DNA of 53,143 bases from a virus. Its lineage: Duplodnaviria > Caudoviricetes. The position numbers and the translations under genes are program-made. Where the stretch lies: positions 1-53,143 of the IMG/VR virus record IMGVR_UViG_3300031660_000005. One strand, written 5' to 3'. Of this stretch, positions 1 through 9,246 are shown piece after piece. Under the pieces are notes generated by a model. The model did not search any database and was not told where the DNA came from. It saw nothing but the letters and a program-made list of their open reading frames with translations. The number at the start of each line of letters is the position of its first letter. Position 1 is the first letter of the stretch.

Positions 1-185
1 AAAACAACTGCTGGAAACGTATGCAGCAAGAGTGGACTACCAAGCTGATGAATGATGCCAGCTTCACTGATCCAATCCCGTCTAACCAAGCAGACTTTGT
101 GGCACTGGTTACTGCACGGGAAGACTACATGACACGCATTGAGCGTGACGCAGAGCAAGGAGCCATGTAATGCCATATCAAGGAC
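1..185 (+). repeat. End overlap, copy 1 (matches 52959-53143)
   Basis: 59-185 is identical to 53017-53143 (127 bp); 1-58 aligns to 52959-53016 with 6 mismatches. Confidence 0.97.
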
Positions 186-1786
186 GACAGCCGGGAGTAG
201 GTGTACGGAACCGCTTCATCTTTACTGCCACGAGCGGCCAGACATCCTTTAGTGGTGCTGACAGCAACGGTTTAACGCTGAAATATGCGGACGCGACATA
301 CACCGATGTGTTTTTGAATGGCGTGTTGCTACCACCAACAGATTACACAGCTACCACCAAGACGTCTGTGGTTCTCGGATCAGGCGCAGCAGTAAACGAC
401 ATACTAGAGGTTGTAGCTTACGACATTAGTTCGATTGCCGACACGGTGTCTGCATCCTCTGGCGGTACATTCGCTGCCGATGTTACATTCGCTGGCGATG
501 CTATATTTGGTGACAGTGACAAAGCCATATTCGGCGCTGGGTCTGACCTCCAGATTTATCACGATGGGTCTAATAGCTATGTGGATGATGCTGGCACGGG
601 CCGTTTAATCCTTCGCGGTAATGATCGTGTAATGATTCAAAAATACACTGGCGAGGATATGATTTCATGTCTAGCTGATGGTGCTGTAAATATTTACCAT
701 AATAACGCAAAGAAGTTTGAGACTACCAGCACAGGCGTAGCAGTCACAGGTGTAGTCACAGCCAACGCTGGTGTGGTTGTAGATAATATTACAATAGATG
801 GTCAAGAGATTGATGTAAGCTCTGGTGACCTAACGCTAGACGTTGCAGGGGATATTTTCCTTGATGCTGGTGGGGATAATATAAAGTTTTTATATGGTGG
901 TACAGCTTATCTTGATTTTTATAAATCAGGAAGTAGCATAGGACTTTACCAAGCTGTTCAAGATGGAGACTTCCTATTTCAAGGCAATGATGGCGGTGCT
1001 TCAATTACCGCATTGAAACTTGATATGTCAGAGGCTGGTGCTGCTACGTTTAACGGTAATGCTACTGTTAGTGGAGGTACTTTAAAAATTGTAGATACCG
1101 AGTTATCAGAAGTATCTGATAACTTTTCTATAAACATTCAATCAGGTAATAATGATTTTCTTGTAAAAAGCGGCGGTAATACATTTGCATCATTTAAGGG
1201 TTTTGATGGGTCAAAAAACTTTGGCGCTTTCTCTAATGGCGGCGGCGGTTTTAATCTATTTGTAGGTTCTGCTAACACAGGTTCTTTTGCATTGAGGTTG
1301 GATGGGGTAGGTACAAGCGCAAGTAATGTTGTTCAGTTTTCAAATGGAAATGGGCAAGTTGGGACTATTACATTAAGCGGCACCTCCACAGCCTACAACA
1401 CATCATCAGACTACCGACTAAAAGAAAACGTAAACTATGATTGGGATGCAACTACACGCCTCAAGCAACTCAAGCCTGCTAGGTTTAACTTTATTGTTGA
1501 TGCTGACACTACAGTCGATGGCTTCCTCGCACATGAGGCACAGGCTGTTGTCCCAGAGGCTGTCACTGGTGCTAAAGATGCAATGCGTGACGAAGAGTAT
1601 GTAGTTACAGCGGCGGTTGAAGAAGTCACAGATGCTGATGGTAACGTCACAACTGAAGCCGCTGATGCAGTTATGCGTACTCGCAGTGTACCAGATATAC
1701 AAAGCATAGATCAGTCTAAATTAGTACCATTGTTAGTTAAAACAATATTAGAATTAGAAGCTCGTATCACGGCACTGGAGGCATAA
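170..1786 (+). CDS. Tail fibre protein with C-terminal intramolecular chaperone (peptidase S74-like)
   Basis: 538 aa, Gly/Thr/Ser-rich and beta-type; SDYRLKEN autocleavage motif, GFLAHE, and C-terminal LVPLLVKTILELEARITALE coiled coil. Confidence 0.9.
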   Translation: MPYQGRQPGVGVRNRFIFTATSGQTSFSGADSNGLTLKYADATYTDVFLNGVLLPPTDYTATTKTSVVLGSGAAVNDILEVVAYDISSIADTVSASSGGTFAADVTFAGDAIFGDSDKAIFGAGSDLQIYHDGSNSYVDDAGTGRLILRGNDRVMIQKYTGEDMISCLADGAVNIYHNNAKKFETTSTGVAVTGVVTANAGVVVDNITIDGQEIDVSSGDLTLDVAGDIFLDAGGDNIKFLYGGTAYLDFYKSGSSIGLYQAVQDGDFLFQGNDGGASITALKLDMSEAGAATFNGNATVSGGTLKIVDTELSEVSDNFSINIQSGNNDFLVKSGGNTFASFKGFDGSKNFGAFSNGGGGFNLFVGSANTGSFALRLDGVGTSASNVVQFSNGNGQVGTITLSGTSTAYNTSSDYRLKENVNYDWDATTRLKQLKPARFNFIVDADTTVDGFLAHEAQAVVPEAVTGAKDAMRDEEYVVTAAVEEVTDADGNVTTEAADAVMRTRSVPDIQSIDQSKLVPLLVKTILELEARITALEA

Positions 1787-1787
1787 C

Positions 1788-2849
1788 ATGGCAGTTTCAC
1801 AGATTGATCCGAACGGTCTAAACGTAGGGCAACTCGGCTCGCGTAACATGGTGATTAATGGGGCCATGGTCTTTGACCAGCGCAACAATGCTGCTGCAAT
1901 ATCTTCTCTGGTACAGTACACAACGTACACTCTTGATCGTTGGCAGTATTACTCAGATCAAGCAGGTAAGTTCAGCTTTCAACAGAATCAATCTTCTGTG
2001 ACACCCCCCGTTGGGTTTACGAAATACTTAGGGCTAACAAGTTTAAGTGCTTATTCTCCCGGAACTAACGAAACGGTTTCAATTTCTCAACACGTTGAGG
2101 GGTTTAATTCTGCCCAACTAAACTGGGGAACTTCAAACGCAAAAACCGTTTCGTTGTCTTTTTGGGTAAGAAGTTCATTAACAGGTACTTTCAGCGGGGT
2201 TTTAGCTGGGGGCCAAAACTACATTTACACCTACGCCATATCTTCTGCAAATACTTGGGAGTATAAAACTATTACTGTACCCGGTAGTACAACTGGAACT
2301 TGGAACACAGGCAATACAAGCGGTATTAGAGTTTTATTTACTCTAGGTTACGGGTCCGGCCAAGTTGGAACGGCTAACGCTTGGCAATCGGCTGATTTTG
2401 CAGCGTCTGGATCAGTACAAGTTGTTGGCACATCAGGCGCAACCTTCCAAATTACAGGCGTTCAAGTTGAAGTCTCTCCCACGGGCGAGGCAACCCCCTT
2501 CGAGCATGAAAACTACGGGACCACGTTAGCTAAGTGCCAAAGGTATTATTATAGACCAACCGCAGCGAGTGATTTAACAGGAAACACTGCCTGTCAAGCG
2601 TTTAATGTCAACGGGGTAGTTGGCTCTTTTGTCTACAAAGAAACAATGAGGGCTGCTCCAACTATTTCTCTTTTTTCCGCAGGAAACGGCACGGCTGGGC
2701 AGATACGCAAGACCTCTGATGGAGCTACAACCAGTAGTGCTGCTGCGGCTAATATTGGTCTAAATAGTTTTGGTTTTGCAACAGGAATGAGTAGCTTAAC
2801 AACAGGTGACGCTTATGACCTTACCTTCACAGCAGATGCGGAGTTATAA
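1788..2849 (+). CDS. Tail fibre / carbohydrate-binding receptor-binding protein
   Basis: RNMVINGAM..DQR start, DRW, TVSLSFWVRS, ITGVQVE..ATPFEH..LAKCQRYY motifs typical of phage fibre modules. Confidence 0.8.
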   Translation: MAVSQIDPNGLNVGQLGSRNMVINGAMVFDQRNNAAAISSLVQYTTYTLDRWQYYSDQAGKFSFQQNQSSVTPPVGFTKYLGLTSLSAYSPGTNETVSISQHVEGFNSAQLNWGTSNAKTVSLSFWVRSSLTGTFSGVLAGGQNYIYTYAISSANTWEYKTITVPGSTTGTWNTGNTSGIRVLFTLGYGSGQVGTANAWQSADFAASGSVQVVGTSGATFQITGVQVEVSPTGEATPFEHENYGTTLAKCQRYYYRPTAASDLTGNTACQAFNVNGVVGSFVYKETMRAAPTISLFSAGNGTAGQIRKTSDGATTSSAAAANIGLNSFGFATGMSSLTTGDAYDLTFTADAEL

Positions 2850-2851
2850 CT

Positions 2852-3034
2852 ATGGATAATGTAATGATAATTACAAATGCAAAGTACATACAATTTGATA
2901 GTGTGAATTGTACAGTTCAAGCAACTATAGACGGTCAATATATCTCAGCCCCAATGGACCCAGCCAATCGCCACTACGCAGAAATACTACGTCAAGTAGA
3001 TGCTGGCACACTAACAATTCAAGAAGCTACGTAA
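2852..3034 (+). CDS. Small tail-fibre-associated protein (putative assembly chaperone)
   Basis: 60 aa directly after a fibre gene; PMDPANRHYAEIL motif. Confidence 0.7.
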   Translation: MDNVMIITNAKYIQFDSVNCTVQATIDGQYISAPMDPANRHYAEILRQVDAGTLTIQEAT

Positions 3035-3043
3035 GGTTAAAAA

Positions 3044-3238
3044 ATGGACAAAAGAACAGTATCATCCGCGCATGAGAGGATTGACGGTTTGGAAAAAGAA
3101 GTCATTGAAATAAAAACCGAAGTAAAAATTCAGTTTAAAGATTTGTTTGGCCGCGTCAAACGTATGGAAACTATTATGATTGCCGCTACAGGTACTATTA
3201 TAGCACTACTAATTTCAGTATTGGGCAAGATGAGCTAA
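3044..3238 (+). CDS. Small coiled-coil protein with C-terminal transmembrane helix (lysis region)
   Basis: 64 aa; heptad-like N-terminus, hydrophobic IMIAATGTIIALLISVLG; AAGGT RBS. Confidence 0.75.
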   Translation: MDKRTVSSAHERIDGLEKEVIEIKTEVKIQFKDLFGRVKRMETIMIAATGTIIALLISVLGKMS

Positions 3239-3270
3239 GTACTACTGTGCAGTTATGAGGTGCCGTTTCT

Positions 3271-3744
3271 ATGATTGATCCTATTACAGCGTTCTCTGCG
3301 GCGAGCATGGCATTTTCAGGATTAAAGAAGGCGATTGCGGTTGGAAAAGATATTACGTCAATGGGAAGCACTCTTTCTCAATGGTCTAAAGCTGTTTCCG
3401 ACATGGACTTTCTTGACGAGCAAGCCAAGAAACCACCGATGTATAAGATGTTTTCCGACACACAGGCTTCGGCGTTGGACATCTGGACTAAGAAGCAGAA
3501 GCTCGCAGAGATGCGTGAGGAACTCCGCGCCCATATTTCTTGGACTTATGGGCCTTCGGCTTGGAAAGAAATTGTCAGGATTGAGGCGCAACAGCGCAAG
3601 GCTCAAAGAGAAGCAGTATACAAACAACAAGAATTTATTGATAGTTGCATCAACTGGGCCATTGGGCTGTTGGCTTGTTTTGCAGGTGCGGGAATCTTGT
3701 TCGTTGTCGTGTATGTAATTGGCGCGAAGCAAGGCAAATGGTGA
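3271..3744 (+). CDS. Hypothetical membrane-anchored protein
   Basis: 157 aa, MIDPITA start, C-terminal hydrophobic helix, GAGGTG RBS. Confidence 0.8.
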   Translation: MIDPITAFSAASMAFSGLKKAIAVGKDITSMGSTLSQWSKAVSDMDFLDEQAKKPPMYKMFSDTQASALDIWTKKQKLAEMREELRAHISWTYGPSAWKEIVRIEAQQRKAQREAVYKQQEFIDSCINWAIGLLACFAGAGILFVVVYVIGAKQGKW

Positions 3745-3879
3745 GTGTTTCTTTTAGAGTATAGACGCAAGTGGGTCGTTGTAGACAAATTAGGTAAAAT
3801 AGTCATAATAACCCGTGACAAGAGTATTGCGATTGGCTTCGCAAAAATATGGAGCGCCAAACATGACAGAGTTCAATAA
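3745..3879 (+). CDS. Hypothetical 44 aa protein (not in ORF track)
   Basis: GTG directly after the upstream TGA; MFLLEYRRKWVVVDKLGKIVIITRDKSIAIGFAKIWSAKHDRVQ fills the gap. Confidence 0.55.
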   Translation: MFLLEYRRKWVVVDKLGKIVIITRDKSIAIGFAKIWSAKHDRVQ

Positions 3880-4222
3880 AGCAGACTTAGACTCCAATGG
3901 CTCTATCTGTATAGATGAATGGAATAGTTTGGCACTTCAAGACAAACGCTTGGAAATAGCTGACCAAGACCTCAAGAGAAACACAGAGCGAATGCTAGTT
4001 GTCTGGTGCTGTATTGGTATGCTGGTATATCCGTTTATTATTTTATTTGCCTCAGTATTAGGTTTTGATAAGGCAGCAACATTAATTACTGATATCGCAT
4101 CTGTGTATGTGATAGCGGCTAGTGGAGTCGTGGCGGCGTTCATGGGCTTCAACGCCTACGCTGGTAAGTCTGACAAGAAGAAGACTTCAATATCTTATGA
4201 CGATAGGGCAATGGAAAAATGA
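3863..4222 (+). CDS. EF-hand-motif membrane protein (holin/antiholin-like)
   Basis: ATG at 3863 after GGAG; DLDSNGSICIDE loop followed by two hydrophobic helices; overlaps the holin start (ATGA). Confidence 0.75.
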   Translation: MTEFNKADLDSNGSICIDEWNSLALQDKRLEIADQDLKRNTERMLVVWCCIGMLVYPFIILFASVLGFDKAATLITDIASVYVIAASGVVAAFMGFNAYAGKSDKKKTSISYDDRAMEK

Positions 4223-4596
4223 GTATACTTAGCGCATTGATTGGACCAGCGACAGAACTTGCTGGCAAATTCATACAAGATAAAGACAAAGCTGCGGAGT
4301 TGGCTCATAACCTTAGTACGATGGCCGATAGACACGCGCAGGCGGCGATGTTAGCGCAGATAGAAGTTAACAAAGCTGAGGCTTCTGGCAACTGGTTTCA
4401 GGCATCTTGGCGTCCTTTGTGTGGTTACGTTTGCGTCTTAGGTTTGATGGTTAACTTCCTTATCTCTCCAATTTGTGCTGGGTTCGGGTTTATAATCCCG
4501 CAGGCAGAGATGACCACCATGCTTCCAATTTTAACTGGGATGTTGGGGTTGGCAGGGATGCGTTCATTTGAGCGTGTTAAAAAAGTTGGTAAGTAA
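4219..4596 (+). CDS. Holin (3TM / GTA-holin-like family)
   Basis: QIEVNKAEA..WFQASWRPLCGYVC and GMLGLAGMRSFER motifs, basic C-terminus, just upstream of the endolysin. Confidence 0.85.
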   Translation: MSILSALIGPATELAGKFIQDKDKAAELAHNLSTMADRHAQAAMLAQIEVNKAEASGNWFQASWRPLCGYVCVLGLMVNFLISPICAGFGFIIPQAEMTTMLPILTGMLGLAGMRSFERVKKVGK

Positions 4597-4767
4597 GTGT
4601 GGGTACTCGTTTGGATACAGTTTGTTGTGGGTATGCCCATCAACTACTATCAATTAAACAGTTTTAGTAGTAGAACTGTATGTGAACAGTATAAAGAACA
4701 GGCAAAGGTTATGGTAACAAATAACAATATGATCGTCGCCTGTCTAATTGTGAGGATAGAACAATGA
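4597..4767 (+). CDS. Hypothetical 56 aa protein (not in ORF track)
   Basis: GTG right after the holin stop, ends in an ATGA overlap with the endolysin; MWVLVWIQF hydrophobic start and two Cys. Confidence 0.65.
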   Translation: MWVLVWIQFVVGMPINYYQLNSFSSRTVCEQYKEQAKVMVTNNNMIVACLIVRIEQ

Positions 4768-5222
4768 CTTTTAAACTAAGTACGCGAAGCGAAGCCAAGT
4801 TAGAGGGTTTAGACCCACGGCTTGTTGCGGTTGTTAAAGCAGCCATACACAAAACAAAAATAGATTTTGGTGTTATATGTGGTATGAGAACGCTAGAAGA
4901 ACAAAAGGCTCTTGTTGAAAAAGGAGCATCACAGACGATGAAGTCTAAACACCTTCAAGGCTACGCTGTTGACCTAATGGCTTATATTGGTAGCCGTGCA
5001 TCTTGGGAATTAAATCTTTATGATGATATTGCGGATGCTATGGCCGATGCTGCAAGAGAAGTAGACGTCCCTATTAGGTGGGGCGCAGCTTGGACAGTTT
5101 CAAATATAGCTCAGTTTCAAGACGGCACCATGGAAGACGCCATGAACAGTTACATTGATGAGCGCCGCACACAAGGCCGACGTCCGTTTATTGATGGCCC
5201 ACATTTCGAACTGATGGTGTAG
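4764..5222 (+). CDS. Endolysin, peptidase M15 (L-Ala-D-Glu peptidase-like)
   Basis: GMRTLEEQ, SKHLQGYAVDL, RWG and DGPHFEL zinc-peptidase motifs. Confidence 0.9.
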   Translation: MTFKLSTRSEAKLEGLDPRLVAVVKAAIHKTKIDFGVICGMRTLEEQKALVEKGASQTMKSKHLQGYAVDLMAYIGSRASWELNLYDDIADAMADAAREVDVPIRWGAAWTVSNIAQFQDGTMEDAMNSYIDERRTQGRRPFIDGPHFELMV

Positions 5223-5223
5223 T

Positions 5224-7644
5224 ATGCCGGGGTTTAAGATAGAGAAGTTTTTAGGTAAGGCACCTAAAGTAGCTCCAGAGCTACTGCCGAATACTTCTGC
5301 GCAAATAGCTACGAATATCAAGTTGTACTCTGGCGACTTAATCCCCTACCCAACACCTGTTATTGTAGATAACACCGAGCGAAATGGAACTATAAAAAAA
5401 CTACATGCTCTGCGTACGCCCGGCACTGGCGAGCTAAAATGGCTATCTTGGTTAACTGACGTAGACATTGCCACCCCCTCTGGCGCAGCAGATGCTGACG
5501 AACAAAGGTTTTACTACTCAGGAGACGGTGTACCAAAAGTAAGTACATATCTACTAGCTACCACAGGGAGCGAGCCGTTTCCGCTAGACTACTATGACCT
5601 AGGATTACCACTACCTGAGACTGTAGTAGCAACATCCGCTGGAGAGTTCAGTACAAAGGCCACAACTAATTTTTCTAGGGATGCCAGTGGCGTAGTAACC
5701 CTAACAACAAACGGCGTACACGGGTTAAAGTCTGGTGCCTTAGCAACCGTTACAGGATTTACCCATGACGACGGTACGTACGCACAGTCAGGTACTACTA
5801 TTACAGTTACTATGCAGGCTCACGGCCTAGTTACAGGCGCTCAAATAATTCTAAGGTTCACGTCAGGTACTGCTGCAAGCGGCGTTTATACTATGACTAA
5901 GGTCAATGCTAACAGCTTTACAGTAACATCTGTTACGTCTGTAAGCACAAGCGGAAACGCAGAGTGGGACCTACGATCTTTTAACGCACGGTCTATTGAA
6001 GTTAACGCTCCTACAACAACTACTCTTACATATACAAGTCCGGGGTTCCCTGTCACAACGTCAACTAATGCTGAAGGTAAGGTAGATTTAGCTGGAACTA
6101 TACGATCTCGTAACTATTTGTACGCATGGTTCACCCCGTGGTCTGAAGAATCTATAGGTTCAGAGCCGTCCGAACCCTTGTTTATAAGGGAAGGCCAAGT
6201 TGTAACTGTTACTAATCTACCTTCGGCTAAGCCATCCGGTAAAAACTTTGTTCGTGGTATACGGTTGTACCGAACTGTTACCGGCACTACCACAGCCGAC
6301 TATTTACGTATTGCTACACTGTGGTTCCCTACTGCTGTTGCAAACGTGCAGAGAACCAGTAACGTGTCTAGGGTTGCCACTGGCTCACCCCATAACTTAT
6401 CTGTAGGTACTTACTTCAAACTAGCTAACTGCTCTAACTCTTCGTTCAACATTGCTGGCGGCGTAGTCACTGAGATTATAGATGACTACATTTTTGAATT
6501 TGCCCAAACAGCATCTAATGTATCTGCTACATCTGCAACTGGAACGCTATACCACGATAGCTCTGAGAACCCCGGCACGGATACTGCTAGGTACTGGGGC
6601 GAAAGCAACTACACATTCATAGATGATTTTGCTGTTACTAGTTTGGGCAATACGCTAAACACAAACTTGTTCTTACCCCCACCAGCTAACCTAGAAGGTC
6701 TTACGGCTGTACAGAACAATGTACTAGCGGGCTTTGTAAACAACGAGGTATTTTTCTCAGAGCCGGGGCAGTATCACGCATGGCCGGAGAGTTCTAAACT
6801 TGTATTAGAAGACAAGGTAGTTGGCTTTGCCCTGTTTAGTGGCTCGCTAATTGTTATGACTGATGCTTATGCCTACATTGTTTCTGGTAGTGACCCCGCA
6901 GTATTTACCGTAACACGTACAGATGCTAGGTTCCCCTGTCTTTCTAAGAACAGTATTGTCAACACTGGAGTGGGTGTCATGTACGCAACGCACGATGGTA
7001 TTGCGCTATACTCTACCACAACAGGTGCGCAATTAGCCACAAAAGCGCTATATAATAGTGATACATGGGGTGCTGACCTTGTGCCTAGCACTTTACGCGG
7101 TACATATTTTAACGATGCTTACTTTGCGTCACACTCAAACGGTAGTATAATATTTGAACTAGACGAAAAAGCTGGCGGGTTCTTTGTGGATACTACCTAC
7201 AGCTTTACAGCCGCTTGGTATGATGTGCTTACAAACGTACTGTATTACGTAAACGGTGTCGATGGTGACGTACTTCAATGGGATGACAGCACTCAGCCGC
7301 TATCTAACTATACGTGGAAGTCCAAAGTTATCGTAGCAGCGAACCCGCTTAATATAGGCGCGGCCAAAGTAGTGGCAGACTACACAGCTAATACTACTGC
7401 TAAATGGGACGCTGTAACTGATGACTGGGAAGACACAACTATACGCTGGGACGGTGATGACGAGGTTACTTTCCGATTATACGTGGATAAAGCGCTAAAG
7501 TTTACAACCTCATTGTCAAGCAGTAAAACCTTTAGATTGCCTTCGGGCTATAAATCGGATACATTTGAGGTAGAAATCGAAAGCGTTGTACGTGTAAGAT
7601 CAATCCATCTTGCAGATACACCCACGGGTCTAAGAGAAGTATAA
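5224..7644 (+). CDS. Tail nozzle / stabilisation protein with inserted beta-rich repeats
   Basis: 806 aa; YLYAWFTPWSEES, GIRLYRT, FFSEPGQYHAWP, YTWKSK, FRLPSG motifs; precedes the ejection proteins. Confidence 0.7.
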   Translation: MPGFKIEKFLGKAPKVAPELLPNTSAQIATNIKLYSGDLIPYPTPVIVDNTERNGTIKKLHALRTPGTGELKWLSWLTDVDIATPSGAADADEQRFYYSGDGVPKVSTYLLATTGSEPFPLDYYDLGLPLPETVVATSAGEFSTKATTNFSRDASGVVTLTTNGVHGLKSGALATVTGFTHDDGTYAQSGTTITVTMQAHGLVTGAQIILRFTSGTAASGVYTMTKVNANSFTVTSVTSVSTSGNAEWDLRSFNARSIEVNAPTTTTLTYTSPGFPVTTSTNAEGKVDLAGTIRSRNYLYAWFTPWSEESIGSEPSEPLFIREGQVVTVTNLPSAKPSGKNFVRGIRLYRTVTGTTTADYLRIATLWFPTAVANVQRTSNVSRVATGSPHNLSVGTYFKLANCSNSSFNIAGGVVTEIIDDYIFEFAQTASNVSATSATGTLYHDSSENPGTDTARYWGESNYTFIDDFAVTSLGNTLNTNLFLPPPANLEGLTAVQNNVLAGFVNNEVFFSEPGQYHAWPESSKLVLEDKVVGFALFSGSLIVMTDAYAYIVSGSDPAVFTVTRTDARFPCLSKNSIVNTGVGVMYATHDGIALYSTTTGAQLATKALYNSDTWGADLVPSTLRGTYFNDAYFASHSNGSIIFELDEKAGGFFVDTTYSFTAAWYDVLTNVLYYVNGVDGDVLQWDDSTQPLSNYTWKSKVIVAANPLNIGAAKVVADYTANTTAKWDAVTDDWEDTTIRWDGDDEVTFRLYVDKALKFTTSLSSSKTFRLPSGYKSDTFEVEIESVVRVRSIHLADTPTGLREV

Positions 7645-8042
7645 TGGCGTTTGTAACTAGATATACCGGTATCCCTGCTGTACCCACTACAGGTGTAGAC
7701 CAATGGCAGGCGCAGATGTTTTCAACTATTAAACAGAATGTAGAGCTATTAGCGGGTATCCGTGGCGAATCTGACCTAGCCAGTAAGGCCATAACCAAGG
7801 GGCAAGTTGATCTTGCAGACGCACCTGCGCAAGTAATGACAGCTGTTTCAGCTGCGGCTGCAGGTACTAACGTGCTTACCAGTTTTAGTATTAGCGGTGA
7901 TACAGTCACTGTAACAGGACAAGCAAGTGTCCCAGTACTAGAAGACTATACAAACCTAGTGATAGATGTACAGTCTCTTGCAAACGATGTAGCGCAACTA
8001 CGCGCTGTTGTACAATTACTCATAACACAGTTGAGGAGCTAG
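7644..8042 (+). CDS. Hypothetical virion protein
   Basis: 132 aa, TAATG-coupled, C-terminal coiled coil. Confidence 0.75.
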   Translation: MAFVTRYTGIPAVPTTGVDQWQAQMFSTIKQNVELLAGIRGESDLASKAITKGQVDLADAPAQVMTAVSAAAAGTNVLTSFSISGDTVTVTGQASVPVLEDYTNLVIDVQSLANDVAQLRAVVQLLITQLRS

Positions 8043-8045
8043 GCC

Positions 8046-8813
8046 ATGGCACAGCAATACGGTAGACCATCAGTACTGCAGGGGATTATGAACATGCCGT
8101 CCCCTACACAGGTTACGCCTCCCGGTAGCGGTTTATCTGGTGCTATGAATGGCGCTGCGTTACCACAATACCAAATGGGTGGCCAAGTAGGTCCGGGCGG
8201 TATGCCTGTTCCGGGTTCGCAAGGTGCCGGTGGACTACAACCTATGAGCGCTGGTGCCTCTGGCGCACCGGCAGAACCTACAAACTCTAATGTTTTAGAG
8301 ATGCAAATCCAAGAGTTTATGAACACTCGTCCCCAAGAGGTAGCTCAAGTACAAGAAGCTATTAATAAGGCGATGCAATCTGGCGAGCTTACACCGCAAG
8401 AACTTAACACAGCCGCACAACTGGCTACTGCGGCACTTCGTAACCCTGCTATGTACTCGCAGATAAGGCAGTACGCTATCCAGCAGGGCTTAGCTACAGA
8501 GCAAGACATATCTCCAGAGTACGACGAGGGGCTTATCTTTGGCCTTATCGTAGCTGCTCGCACAGGGCAGAACGCGCCAACACAACAAAATGCTATGGCA
8601 CCTGCGCAAGCACCTATGGCCCCCGGTATGCAAGCACCTATGCCATCTATGGGTATGGGCGGTGAAGTACCTACCAGTAATTCTCCTACAGGTGAAGTAC
8701 CTATCATGGCTCACGAAAAAGAAATGGTTATACCTAGGTGGCTAGTCGAAGAAAAAGGTACAGCGTTCTTTAAAAGTATGATTAGCAAAGGTCCGATGAG
8801 TGACAAAGCGTAA
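8046..8813 (+). CDS. Low-complexity Q/P/M/G-rich protein (putative internal virion protein)
   Basis: 255 aa, GAGGAG RBS, C-terminal AHEKEMVIP motif. Confidence 0.7.
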   Translation: MAQQYGRPSVLQGIMNMPSPTQVTPPGSGLSGAMNGAALPQYQMGGQVGPGGMPVPGSQGAGGLQPMSAGASGAPAEPTNSNVLEMQIQEFMNTRPQEVAQVQEAINKAMQSGELTPQELNTAAQLATAALRNPAMYSQIRQYAIQQGLATEQDISPEYDEGLIFGLIVAARTGQNAPTQQNAMAPAQAPMAPGMQAPMPSMGMGGEVPTSNSPTGEVPIMAHEKEMVIPRWLVEEKGTAFFKSMISKGPMSDKA

Positions 8814-9237
8814 TTTAAATATAGAAATACTAACGCCTGAACGGGTCGATGAGTTGTGGACTTGGCTAGAGCCTCTGCTTACTGCGTCTTGTGAGAGCAA
8901 CGAGATAACATCAGACGACGTTACTGCCGGTGATATATACTGCATGGCGCAAACAGATCAGTGCGTATTGTTTATATTTACGGACAACGGTAAACCTGAG
9001 TGCGTAGTGGCCATACAGTTTCATACTGTTAACAACAGAAAAGGTGCAGACTTATTAGCGATGGCTGGTAAAAGTATATTAAAATACAGGGACGAGTATT
9101 GGACGTCCATATTAGACTGGCTTAGAGCCAATGAGGTTAAAGTTCTTGACACATATGGTACTGAAAAACGAGCTAAGCACTACCTAAAACAATTTGGGTT
9201 CACAAAAACATGCACGTATGTGCGAATGATTCTATAG
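8800..9237 (+). CDS. Hypothetical protein, possible GNAT-like fold
   Basis: 145 aa between nozzle and ejection genes; HYLKQFGF end motif. The fold is a guess from position and pattern. Confidence 0.6.
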   Translation: MTKRNLNIEILTPERVDELWTWLEPLLTASCESNEITSDDVTAGDIYCMAQTDQCVLFIFTDNGKPECVVAIQFHTVNNRKGADLLAMAGKSILKYRDEYWTSILDWLRANEVKVLDTYGTEKRAKHYLKQFGFTKTCTYVRMIL

Positions 9238-9246
9238 GAGAGTAAG

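Noticed and set aside
1-185. Diversity-generating retroelement TR/VR pair
   Set aside because: The mismatches are not adenine-specific in either direction (C/T at position 11), and no reverse transcriptase motif was seen in any ORF.
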